Shown here one piece after another: positions 1 to 8,353 of a DNA stretch of 64,000 nt. Every line of letters starts with the position of its first letter. Position 1 is the first letter of the stretch. The notes under the pieces are model-generated. The model was not told the origin of the DNA, did not search any database, and worked only from the letters and a program-made list of their open reading frames with translations. The position numbers and the translations under genes were made by a program. The stretch is from Smithellaceae bacterium (GTDB lineage Bacteria; Desulfobacterota; Syntrophia; Syntrophales; Smithellaceae): positions 2,368,001 to 2,432,000 of the forward strand of contig CAXXVL010000002.1 of assembly GCA_963667845.2 (NCBI GenBank). Direction: 5' to 3'.

Positions 1-2
1 TG

Positions 3-782
3 CACGCCCGGGCTTTAATTCTTCCCGGAGGAGATGATCCGGATGACTTTGTTAAGAAATATGGCCGGGAGAAACTGGAAGAATTGATTGCAGTTGCGCC
101 GTCCATCAGCGATTACTATATTGATAACGTTCTGGGGGATGGAAAGACTTTCGAAGAAAGCCGTGACCTGGTGAAGACCGCCATGGAATTCGTCAATAAA
201 ATCAATGATGAAATAGAAAAAAATCTTTTTATCAAGCGCATTGCGGAAAGACTCGGCATTGACCAGGCGTTATTAAAAAGGGAAATTCATCATAAAGAGG
301 TTGGGCAAAAGCCCGCAGCGATTAAACCAAAACAGGGTGTTCGGCCGGGTTTGAATCCTCTGGAACTGAATCTGATACGGCTTGTCCTGGAATATCCCGA
401 GAAGGCTTTCCAGATAGCAGATGAAAAAATATTGGATTTTTTTATGGAGCCCCGGCTTAAGGATCTGGGAGAAAAAATCGCGCAGACTTACAAATTGCTC
501 GGGTATATTGACATTAATGTTATTCTGTCGACCGATGAAGACAAACCCCTTCGGGAAACGATTTATAAATTAAGTATTGAGGCGCCATCAACCGATGATA
601 ACATGGTGGAACGCAACTTTTCCGATAATATCCGGAGAATCAAAGAAAAGTGGTACAAAGAACAAAAGCGTCTGATTCAGCTTAAATTAAGGCAAGCGGA
701 AGAAAACGGCGACGGAGAACTTACTCACAAATTGACTTACGCGAAGCAGGATTTGTTGAGAAAAGAAAAAGAATTACGTTAA
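3..782 (+). CDS. dnaG: DNA primase, 5'-truncated by window edge
   Basis: Frame is open from base 3 (HARALILPGGDDPDDFVKKYG, end of Toprim with DPD motif), followed by a helical C-terminal region; directly upstream of rpoD. Confidence 0.9.
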   Translation, partial: HARALILPGGDDPDDFVKKYGREKLEELIAVAPSISDYYIDNVLGDGKTFEESRDLVKTAMEFVNKINDEIEKNLFIKRIAERLGIDQALLKREIHHKEVGQKPAAIKPKQGVRPGLNPLELNLIRLVLEYPEKAFQIADEKILDFFMEPRLKDLGEKIAQTYKLLGYIDINVILSTDEDKPLRETIYKLSIEAPSTDDNMVERNFSDNIRRIKEKWYKEQKRLIQLKLRQAEENGDGELTHKLTYAKQDLLRKEKELR

Positions 783-809
783 CAAATAATGAAATTTGGG
801 GGATGCCAG

Positions 810-2558
810 ATGGCTAAAGAAATACCATCCGATGAATTCAAGAAATTACTTTCGCTGGGAGCGGAAAAAGGCTTCTTAACCTATGACGATGTCAATGACA
901 TGTTGCCGCCCGATGTCAACTCTTCGGACCAGATCGATGATATCATCATGCTGTTCGGTGAGAAAAATATCGACATTATCGACACCGAACAGGGAGAGAA
1001 GCTGGTGGTTAAAAAGCCGGTCGAGGATGTCCTGCCGTCAAAATTTGTGGAGGCCCTCACGCTGGTGCCCGGAGCGGGCAAGACCGGTGATCCGGTCAAG
1101 ATGTATTTGCGTGAAATGGGGCTCGTATCACTTTTGAGCCGCGAAGGCGAAGTGGAGATCGCCAAGAAAATTGAAGAAGGCGCCCGTGAAACCATGTGGG
1201 CAATTTTCAGCTTGACCGTTTCCATTGCTGAAGTACTGAGCATCGGCGAGAAACTGGAATCCGGAGAGATTCGCGTCAAGAATGTCGTGGACAATATCGA
1301 AGATGAAGAAGGGTTCATGGAGGAGGATGAGCATAAGGAGCGCGTGCTTCGGTTGATAGCCCGAATTCGTCTTTTTAATGACCGTAATGAAGTCCTGCGG
1401 GAAAAGCTCAAATCTAAAACCCTCAAACCCAAGCAGCGCGAAACGCTGACTGCGGAGCTGGAAAAGAATACAAAGAATATTATCACGCTTTGCCGCAAAA
1501 TCCGCTTCAGTAAAAAGCAGATGCATCGGTTCATTGCGCGGCTGAGATTCTTCACCGATGAGATAGAAAGATCCGAACGGGTGATCAATCAGTTCAAAAA
1601 GGAATCGGGTTTAACGCTGACTCAGATGGAAAAAGCCTGGTCTAAGATGAAGAAGTCGAAACCCGACGAAAAGCAGGCGGCGAAGGAAGCGAAGGTTTCC
1701 ATTGACTGGCTGCATCGAAGCCATGACGCCATCACGGAAGCGCAAAAGCGTATCAAGCATATTTCCAAGGATGTCGGCATCCCGACCGCCACTTTAAAGA
1801 ATGTCGTGGATTCGATCGAAGACGGCGAGGCGAAGGCGGAGATTGCCAAGAGAAAACTGGTGGAAGCCAATCTACGTCTGGTTGTCAGCATCGCCAAAAA
1901 ATATACCAACCGCGGCCTGCAGTTTCTGGATCTGATTCAGGAAGGCAATATCGGGTTAATGAAGGCCGTGGATAAATTCGAGTATCAGCGGGGCTACAAA
2001 TTCTCCACCTACGCGACATGGTGGATTCGTCAGGCCATCACGCGCGCCATTGCCGATCAGGCGCGGACAATCCGGATCCCCGTCCATATGATTGAAACAA
2101 TCAACAAACTGATTCGGACGTCGCGCTATCTGGTTCAAGAACTGGGCCGCGAACCGACCCCGGAGGAAATCGCCAATAAAATGGAATACCCGCTGGAGAA
2201 GGTGCGCAAAGTTCTGAAAATTGCCAAGGAGCCCATCTCCCTGGAAACGCCGATCGGTGAGGAGGAGGACAGCCACCTGGGCGATTTTATCGAGGACAAA
2301 AAAATCATGTCTCCTTCCGAAGCCACCATCAGTATGGACCTGGCGGACCAGACGCGAAAAATTCTGTCCACCCTCACCCCGCGTGAGGAAAAAGTTTTGA
2401 GAATGCGTTTTGGGATCAGCGATCGCCTGGGTGCAGTTGGCCTGGAGGAAAGTGCGCCGGTGGATATTGTGGAATCGGACAGCGAGGAACCGGAGACGAT
2501 CGAAGAAGAGCCGTTAAAGAAAACAAAGGGTTTATCCAAAAAGCGCGCGGCAAAATAG
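810..2558 (+). CDS. rpoD: Primary sigma-70 factor with atypical, degenerate region 4.2
   Basis: Region 1.1 ([11 protein letters not shown]), 1.2 ([11 protein letters not shown]), 2 ([30 protein letters not shown]), 3 and 4.1 ([15 protein letters not shown]); the canonical TLEEVG...TRERIRQIE segment is absent. ATG at 810 preferred over 789. Confidence 0.95.
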   Translation: MAKEIPSDEFKKLLSLGAEKGFLTYDDVNDMLPPDVNSSDQIDDIIMLFGEKNIDIIDTEQGEKLVVKKPVEDVLPSKFVEALTLVPGAGKTGDPVKMYLREMGLVSLLSREGEVEIAKKIEEGARETMWAIFSLTVSIAEVLSIGEKLESGEIRVKNVVDNIEDEEGFMEEDEHKERVLRLIARIRLFNDRNEVLREKLKSKTLKPKQRETLTAELEKNTKNIITLCRKIRFSKKQMHRFIARLRFFTDEIERSERVINQFKKESGLTLTQMEKAWSKMKKSKPDEKQAAKEAKVSIDWLHRSHDAITEAQKRIKHISKDVGIPTATLKNVVDSIEDGEAKAEIAKRKLVEANLRLVVSIAKKYTNRGLQFLDLIQEGNIGLMKAVDKFEYQRGYKFSTYATWWIRQAITRAIADQARTIRIPVHMIETINKLIRTSRYLVQELGREPTPEEIANKMEYPLEKVRKVLKIAKEPISLETPIGEEEDSHLGDFIEDKKIMSPSEATISMDLADQTRKILSTLTPREEKVLRMRFGISDRLGAVGLEESAPVDIVESDSEEPETIEEEPLKKTKGLSKKRAAK

Positions 2559-2560
2559 TA

Positions 2561-2589
2561 TTGACAAGCGCCCGAATTGGGTATATTTC
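2561..2589 (+). promoter_or_regulatory. Putative sigma-70 promoter for the tRNA
   Basis: TTGACA at 2561-2566 followed by TATATTTC at 2582-2589 (spacing imperfect). Confidence 0.5.
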
Positions 2590-2711
2590 AACGAACCTTG
2601 ATGCCGGTTTGATCCGCACAGATTCCGGATTTGTAGACGGCGAAAGGTCTTGGTTGCCGTCGCCGCACGGGCGGCCGAAGTAAAGAAGCCGCAGATGGAA
2701 TGAATAAGGGC

Positions 2712-2787
2712 GGGCCTATAGCTCAATTGGTAGAGCCACCGGCTCATAACCGGTAGGTCCCTGGTTCGATCCCAGGTGGGCCCACCA
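2712..2787 (+). tRNA. tRNA with CAT anticodon, most likely tRNA-Ile2 (lysidine-modified)
   Basis: GGGCCTA/TGGGCCC acceptor stem, D-arm AGCTCAATTGGTAGAGC, anticodon loop CTCATAA, T-loop GGTTCGATCC, encoded CCA; position after rpoD is typical of ileX-type genes. Confidence 0.93.
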
Positions 2788-2940
2788 AATTTTGCATTAA
2801 TGGATTTTAGGATGAATAGAAAAAAGCGATTTTCACAAGCAAGGAGTTATTGCGACGCTGCCATTGACGTCATGGCCGTGAAAAGACGATTTCAACCGTC
2901 ATATCACGGCACAGAACGTAAGATACGATAAGGTTATCTG

Positions 2941-2972
2941 AAAATGCACCCTCAAAAGGTGCATTTTTTTTT
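2941..2972 (+). terminator. Rho-independent terminator
   Basis: AAAATGCACC-loop-GGTGCATTTT followed by a T run. Confidence 0.8.
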
Positions 2973-2989
2973 AGTTCGACTCAAATTTC

Positions 2990-3205
2990 AGAAGCGAAGC
3001 GCGCTGAAGTTTGTTAGTCGAACTTATCGTGGCGAAGCCACGGCGAAGCGGGGTTAGTTGCACCACTTGGAGAAGCGAAGCGCGCTGAAGTTTGTTAGTC
3101 GAACTTATCGTGGCGAAGCCACGGCGAAGCGGGGTTAGTTGCACCACTTGGAGAAGCGAAGCGCGTTGAAATTTGTTGGTCGAACTTATCGTAGCGAGGC
3201 GGGGT
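2990..3205. repeat. 81-bp tandem repeat, two identical units plus a diverged partial unit
   Basis: Units start at 2990, 3071 and 3152 with AGAAGCGAAGCGCG; rich in GCGAAGC mini-hairpin motifs. Confidence 0.95.
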
Positions 3206-3272
3206 AAGACGGCGTTTAAAGGATGAGATAAATTGCGGCGATATTCATCGTCATTATTAAAGGAGAAGATGT

Positions 3273-3992
3273 TTGAAAGAAAAATTATCATTATTAGTCA
3301 GCCTGCAGGAATGTGATTCACAATTGATCAAGCTTTCGGCTAAAAAAATTAAGCTTCCCGAAAAGATTTGCAGGATGGAGGAGGACTTTCGGCTTTATAA
3401 GGAAAATGTAGAGCAGAATAAGAGAAAACACGATGAACTCAAAGCCAAACGCGCCGAATCTGAAGCTAAGATCAAGAAACTCAATGACGGGATGACGAAG
3501 ACCAAAGAAAGGCTGCTGGAAGTTAAGAACAATAAAGAATATCAGGCCATGCTCAAGGAAAACGAAACAGCGGAGAAATCCCGGGGGGATATTGAGACGC
3601 AGATTATTGCGTTGATGGATGAAATGGATAAACTCTCCGTGCTCGTGAAGAAAGATGAGGAGACTCTAAACCAGGCCACCCTCAAACACAACGAGGAAAA
3701 GAAGATCATCGAGGATGATCTGAGTGCCGTCGATGCGGATACGGCGATTTGGACGGAAAAACGGAAGGGGCTGCAGGAGAGCATTCCCGGGGATCTTCTG
3801 GTGTGGTACGAAAAAGTGAAAAAGCGTAATGGTGGAGTGGGTGTGACTTCCGTATGGAAAGCCGTCTGCGGCGGTTGCCAAATGAAAATACCGCCTCAGA
3901 TGTATAACGAACTTCAGCGGTCCAGTGAATTGCTCAGTTGCCCCAACTGCAACCGGATCATGTATTTTCAAAATCAGGAAAAATCCGAGTAG
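3273..3992 (+). CDS. Coiled-coil protein with C4 zinc ribbon (DUF164/CT398-like)
   Basis: Long coiled coil, C-terminal CGGC...CPNC; AAGGAG RBS before TTG start. Confidence 0.88.
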   Translation: MKEKLSLLVSLQECDSQLIKLSAKKIKLPEKICRMEEDFRLYKENVEQNKRKHDELKAKRAESEAKIKKLNDGMTKTKERLLEVKNNKEYQAMLKENETAEKSRGDIETQIIALMDEMDKLSVLVKKDEETLNQATLKHNEEKKIIEDDLSAVDADTAIWTEKRKGLQESIPGDLLVWYEKVKKRNGGVGVTSVWKAVCGGCQMKIPPQMYNELQRSSELLSCPNCNRIMYFQNQEKSE

Positions 3993-3998
3993 GTTTTG

Positions 3999-4418
3999 AT
4001 GGAAGAAAGAACGGTAAAGCTGTTCAGTGACGGCGCCTGCCGGGGCAACCCCGGTATCGGAGGCGCCGGTGCGGTGATCACGGATGAAGCGGATAACATC
4101 CTTTGGGAAGGCAGCGAATACCTGGCGCACTGCACTAATAATATTGCGGAATATAAAGCGTTGATTCTGGGATTAAAAGGCGCATTGTCCAAGGGATTCA
4201 CGAGGCTCGACGTCTTCCTGGATTCGGAGCTGCTGGCCAATCAGATTAACGGGTCATACAAAGTGAAAAATGAGACGCTGAAGCTCCTGATGCGGGATGT
4301 GCGCAGCCTGCTTTCTTCCTTTCAGGCGGTCCAGGTCCGACACGTACTCCGCTGTCACAATGCGAAAGCGGATAAACTGGCTAATTCGGCCATTGACGCA
4401 CATCAGAAGATTTCTTGA
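3999..4418 (+). CDS. rnhA: Ribonuclease HI family protein
   Basis: DGACRGNPG, TNNIAEY, DSEL and NAKADKLAN motifs. Confidence 0.9.
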   Translation: MEERTVKLFSDGACRGNPGIGGAGAVITDEADNILWEGSEYLAHCTNNIAEYKALILGLKGALSKGFTRLDVFLDSELLANQINGSYKVKNETLKLLMRDVRSLLSSFQAVQVRHVLRCHNAKADKLANSAIDAHQKIS

Positions 4419-4455
4419 ACTAAATTCAAATCAATTGTAAGCTGTATTTCAGGCC

Positions 4456-4826
4456 GGAGAAGATCAGATGATCGCGGGCGAATGAAGATTCGCCGGAGGA
4501 AAGTCCGAGCTCCACAGGGCAGGATGGTCGCTAACGACGACTGGGGGCGACCCTAAGGAAAGTGCCACAGAAAATATACCGCCCGCCAAAAGGCTGGGTA
4601 AGGGTGAAATGGCGAGGTAAGAGCTCACCGCTTTTCCGGTGACGGAAAAGGCATGGTAAACCCCATCCGGAGCAAGACCAAATAGGAGAACGTTTAAGGG
4701 CGGCCCGCCTGATGTTCTCGGGTAGTGTCGCTAGAGGCGTAAGGCAACTTACGTCCCAGATGAATGATCATCGCCGCGTGGAGGGTAACTGAAACGCGGA
4801 ACAGAACTCGGCTTATGATCTTCTCC
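4456..4826 (+). ncRNA. rnpB: RNase P RNA (type A)
   Basis: GAGGAAAGTCCGAGCTCC, GGAAAGTGCCACAGAAA, GGTAAACCCC and ACAGAACTCGGCTTA; P1 helix GGAGAAGATCA/TGATCTTCTCC. Confidence 0.97.
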
Positions 4827-5044
4827 TGTGCCTGTTATTCCATTTCCAATTCGATGATGACTGCAGCATCCCTGAGGATGCGATGAGATGTCTTTGGAGA
4901 AGCGCGACCTCGCTCCGCGTTCAGGTGATCTTGCCTCGCGTATTCTTCCGGATATCGGAGCATCCGATGGGCAGACTATGAGTGTTTGAGGATGATGACG
5001 GCAGCGTCGGCAAAAGCAGTGTTTCAATTCCCCCAAGGATATGT

Positions 5045-5287
5045 TTATAAACCCAAACCCCTTTTCTTTGCTTCCTTATAAAGTCGCCAGATGCAGAGGC
5101 CGATAGCGAGAAAAAAAGAAGCCAGCATGAAATTCGGTGTCGTCCCCAGGAATTCATCCACGAGATAACCCAGATAGAGGAACAAAAAAGAGGACAAGAC
5201 CATCGCCATTCCCCAGGCGGACAGCACCAAAATGCCATTGAATTGGCTGAACTGCTGTCGGGTCACCTTGGGGGTTTTTTTCGGCAT
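5045..5287 (-). CDS. AtpZ/AtpI (ATP synthase gene 1) family small membrane protein
   Basis: Two TM helices with LGYLVDEFLGTTPNF, matching the G-x-x-x-D-x-x-x-G-T-x-P pattern of this family. Confidence 0.75.
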   Translation of the reverse strand: MPKKTPKVTRQQFSQFNGILVLSAWGMAMVLSSFLFLYLGYLVDEFLGTTPNFMLASFFLAIGLCIWRLYKEAKKRGLGL

Positions 5288-5505
5288 ATCATTTTTCTCT
5301 TTCTTTGTCTTGATGCGGGAGTCAGTCTGTCTGATTCAGGTGGATGAAAATAGTCCTCTTTGTGATTGGGCATGATGACCGGCGATCGACACCAAAAAAA
5401 ATATGTCGATCTCGGATCGAGCAGAAAAAGGCTTTGCGCAAATTGATGAGTTGCCTATTGGAAGATCGATTCTTCTGCTTGCAGTTATCCAATTTTCAGC
5501 CGGTG

Positions 5506-5715
5506 TTAGACTTGAATGAAGTTAATAAACCTTTTCAGCAGATCTAATCCCGGTTCCGAAAATACCGCTATCAGAATGAGGAAAAGGACAAACACAACAA
5601 TGAGCTCATAGTTTTTTACTCTTGGATATTTTCTTTTGATGAAGAGGAGAATAATGATCCCGGCAATCAGGATAATGACGTGCAGGAATGGAAATAGGTT
5701 CAGGATAAATTCCAT
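5506..5715 (-). CDS. Small hypothetical membrane protein (69 aa, 2 TM)
   Basis: AAGGAG RBS, two hydrophobic segments, upstream TTGACA on the minus strand at 5769-5774. Confidence 0.65.
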   Translation of the reverse strand: MEFILNLFPFLHVIILIAGIIILLFIKRKYPRVKNYELIVVFVLFLILIAVFSEPGLDLLKRFINFIQV

Positions 5716-5781
5716 TTCGTTCTCCTTTTACTGAAGTTCGTCTTCATAATTAAGAAAAATGCCAGGGTTGTCAAGGCAAAT

Positions 5782-5812
5782 AAAAAAGGCCGAATCGAAA
5801 TTCGGCCTTTTT
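5782..5812 (-). terminator. Rho-independent terminator (possibly bidirectional) after the Cache-like gene
   Basis: AAAAAAGGCCGAA-loop-TTCGGCCTTTTT. Confidence 0.8.
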
Positions 5813-5833
5813 GTTAATGATGTGGAAAGTTAA

Positions 5834-7150
5834 TTATTTGTCATCCTCATCGTCTTCATTGAAGACCGACAAGTCGCCCTCAGAACCTTCCGGAATTTCT
5901 GACCGCAAGGAACGGCTGATTCCGCGAACCAGGATCAGCATGATGAAGAACAGAATAACCATGGCTACGATCAGGACCAGAATAACGGTCGCCGTCCATG
6001 CTTTCGATTCCTTCTCAATATTCTTCGTTACCTTCAGAGCCTCTTCGTTATATTTTTCAACTTCCAAACCGAGGCCGATCCATCCAAAACCGGTGGGCTC
6101 GGGAAGATTTGACGCATAAAACTTGATCGGTGCGTAAGCAACGAACTTTGTGTTTCCACCAAATTTATACATTAAAATTCCCGTTTTTCCCTCTGAAGCT
6201 TCCTTCGTGACCTTAAAGATATTGGGATCGAGAAAGCCGAGCTGGAACATGTTCAGCGCTTCGTCGCCCTTCTTTGCCAACTCCGTTGCATTTTGAGCTG
6301 TCACTGTCGGAACTGTCGTTCCATCACGGTTGAGACCGACGATGTGGAAATCAGCGGGATGGGAAATAACGAAACCGCGATTGTCTACCATGTATGAGTA
6401 ATTGCCGGTCTTGGCGTCGGTTTCAAATACTCTCTCCGCCTGTGTCGGGACCAGTTGATCGGTAAACTGAGCAAGATGACGATAATCCACGGACAGCACG
6501 ATTATCCCCGCAAACCCGTTTTGATCGAATACCGGTGTGGCAATACGGACGACTCCGGAAAATCGCTCTCCTTTTTCAAATGCCGCCTTGTTTACATACC
6601 AGCCGGTAACCGGCGATACGTAGATTTCGCCTTTTTTCAGATTTTTCGTTTTAGCAAAATAAGTTTCTGATTTATACTCCGTATTGGCCGGACTACTGAC
6701 ATTGACGAGTTTTCCTGCCGGCACCGCCTGACCGTCAACGATTTTAATTTTTTCGTTGCCGTTTTTGTCGATCAGCGCCAGTTCTTTGTACAGCGGAACC
6801 AAGGCCTTTTGAACTTTGCCGTCACGTTTGACCCAGAGCGGCTTCTTATTTTCAGAAACAAACTGTTTATATACGGATTCTGACGAGGGAATGATGGTTG
6901 CGACCTGCACGTCTTTTTTGCATTCCATGAGGAAACTGGCAACTTCATTTGCTGTGTTGACCGCCCTCGCCTTGATATCTTCCTGAGATTTGGCATCGAG
7001 AACGTTAACAGCCCTCTCTTTTATGGTAACCCCTAGTTTGAACATTCCGTTAGCGATTAAAAACGCCATCAGTGATAAGGGGATTACAATAAGCAGGAAG
7101 AATACACCTGCGATAGGTAATGACTTCTTATCCTTTTTAGTTTCTGGCAT
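5834..7150 (-). CDS. Membrane-anchored Cache/PDC-like sensor protein lacking a cytoplasmic output domain
   Basis: N- and C-terminal TM helices around a large domain with YF..., GEIYVSPV, IATPV and YSYMVDNRGFVISHP (dCache-like); only a short acidic tail follows TM2. Confidence 0.75.
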   Translation of the reverse strand: MPETKKDKKSLPIAGVFFLLIVIPLSLMAFLIANGMFKLGVTIKERAVNVLDAKSQEDIKARAVNTANEVASFLMECKKDVQVATIIPSSESVYKQFVSENKKPLWVKRDGKVQKALVPLYKELALIDKNGNEKIKIVDGQAVPAGKLVNVSSPANTEYKSETYFAKTKNLKKGEIYVSPVTGWYVNKAAFEKGERFSGVVRIATPVFDQNGFAGIIVLSVDYRHLAQFTDQLVPTQAERVFETDAKTGNYSYMVDNRGFVISHPADFHIVGLNRDGTTVPTVTAQNATELAKKGDEALNMFQLGFLDPNIFKVTKEASEGKTGILMYKFGGNTKFVAYAPIKFYASNLPEPTGFGWIGLGLEVEKYNEEALKVTKNIEKESKAWTATVILVLIVAMVILFFIMLILVRGISRSLRSEIPEGSEGDLSVFNEDDEDDK

Positions 7151-7199
7151 TATGAGTTCCCCCTAACCTTTCTTGATGTTAAAGTTAATTGATTAAGCA

Positions 7200-7577
7200 T
7201 TAACCCAAAAAGAAAGCCTTGAAGGGGTTGGCGTACAATAAGATCAGAGCAATAACCAGAGCGTAAATTGCGATGGATTCGGCCATGGCCATACCAACGA
7301 GCATAACCATCATGATCTTGCCCTGAACACCGGGATTTCTTCCGACAGCCTGGCATGCGCCGTTTGCGGCATTACCGATACCGGCGCCCGCGCCGATTGC
7401 GCCGAGACCGATGGCCAGACCCGCGCCGATCATGGCGCCGACTGCGAAAATGACTTTAATGTAGGATTCGCCGCCAACCGGGATGGCATCCGCTGCAAAG
7501 GCAAACTGGCTCGTGAGCAGCAATGCTGCCGCCGATGTTAAGACTGTTAAAACTGCTTTTCCTGATTTACGTGACAT
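7200..7577 (-). CDS. atpE: F0F1 ATP synthase subunit c, orphan copy with N-terminal signal-like extension
   Basis: GxGxGxG helix, RNP loop, conserved Glu in MAESIAIY; N-terminal hydrophobic stretch ending AFA-A. Confidence 0.93.
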   Translation of the reverse strand: MSRKSGKAVLTVLTSAAALLLTSQFAFAADAIPVGGESYIKVIFAVGAMIGAGLAIGLGAIGAGAGIGNAANGACQAVGRNPGVQGKIMMVMLVGMAMAESIAIYALVIALILLYANPFKAFFLG

Positions 7578-7687
7578 TATTTGTCTCCTTTCCTGACATG
7601 TTTTTTATTTTTATTTCCAATTGCATAGCATACTTCTCGATGCCCGGCAAAGAGGAATTAACTCCCATGTCGTTCGGCCGACGTTGT

Positions 7688-7703
7688 TGCACGAGATGTG
7701 CCA
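7688..7703 (-). promoter_or_regulatory. Sigma-54 (-24/-12) promoter upstream of atpE
   Basis: Minus strand reads TGGCACATCTCGTGCA (GG-N10-GC), 110 bp before the atpE start. Confidence 0.7.
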
Positions 7704-8043
7704 TTGCTTGAATCCATGCGGCTTATTTTCAGAAAGCGGACTCCCGCGGCCGGGTGAGAAAAAAAAGATCATTCAATTTATTGAGATTTCATCAGTTCGA
7801 TTTTTGATCAGAGCGTCAAAAAAAGATGAACAACGATGAAGTCATCTTCTTCAATTGGACGCCGACAGGTGAAAATTATGACTCCCGGTTTAATGTTTTG
7901 TTCAATCGCCTGCCATAAAACATTCAATGGGTCGGTGTCGTCCGGGGCAATTCATGGTTATTTAAGTCGATGACGTCGTCTGATATTTCTGTTGAAATTT
8001 TGAAACAATCTCGTTACGATCAAACCGGTAAGGAATCGACCAC

Positions 8044-8135
8044 CTCGCAGCAAGCCGTCGAGGCATGAAATGAACGTCATTATTTCGCAGCAAGCTGCGG
8101 AGAATTAACGCTCGTCCCGCGTGAGCGGGATTAAA
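8044..8135. repeat. Dispersed ~92-bp intergenic repeat, copy 1
   Basis: CTCGCAGCAAGC...ATGAAATGAA.GTCATTATTT.GCAGCAA.CTGCGGAGAATTAACGCTCGTC...GCGTGAGCGGGATTAAA; second copy at 24199-24291. Confidence 0.9.
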
Positions 8136-8173
8136 TCTACAAAATATCAGGGATTCATTTATAAAGGACTATC

Positions 8174-8353
8174 ATGCAGGAACTCTTGACCGTCATCGCG
8201 TATCCAGCCGTCTGGCTTATTTGTTCTTATCTTTTAAACATTGAAAGTGGCCTGGCCAAGCTGCTCATATCGTTGACGGCGGCAATCCTGGTTTATGTTT
8301 TATTCGGCATTATGCGCACTCATAAAGAAAACAATAAGGAAAACGAAGATTAG
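8174..8353 (+). CDS. Small 2-TM membrane protein (59 aa), below the ORF-track cutoff
   Basis: AAAGGA RBS; MQELLTVIAYPAVWLICSYLLNIESGLAKLLISLTAAILVYVLFGIMRTHKENNKENED*; stop abuts the kinase GTG. Confidence 0.7.
   Translation: MQELLTVIAYPAVWLICSYLLNIESGLAKLLISLTAAILVYVLFGIMRTHKENNKENED

Noticed and set aside
2400..2600. Frameshift explanation for the missing RpoD region 4.2
   Set aside because: Both alternative frames were translated by eye ([11 protein letters not shown]...; [12 protein letters not shown]...) and neither contains the motif
2712..2787. tRNA as an integration site for an island
   Set aside because: No integrase and no duplicated tRNA 3' end noticed; downstream housekeeping synteny is intact
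2990..3205. Possible CRISPR array
   Set aside because: Units are contiguous and identical with no unique spacers; no cas genes in the window
2971..3291. 106-aa minus-strand ORF with 27-aa repeats
   Set aside because: Arises from the 81-bp DNA repeat, overlaps the start of the Zn-ribbon gene, and has no independent coding evidence
5344..5547. Plus-strand ORF containing SRIEQKKALRKL, reminiscent of sigma region 4.2 (RQIEAKALRKL) and so a tempting partner for the defective RpoD
   Set aside because: Lacks the first HTH helix and TRER, has no clear RBS, overlaps a better minus-strand gene, and no frameshift restores more similarity; most likely chance, though a tBLASTn conservation check is cheap
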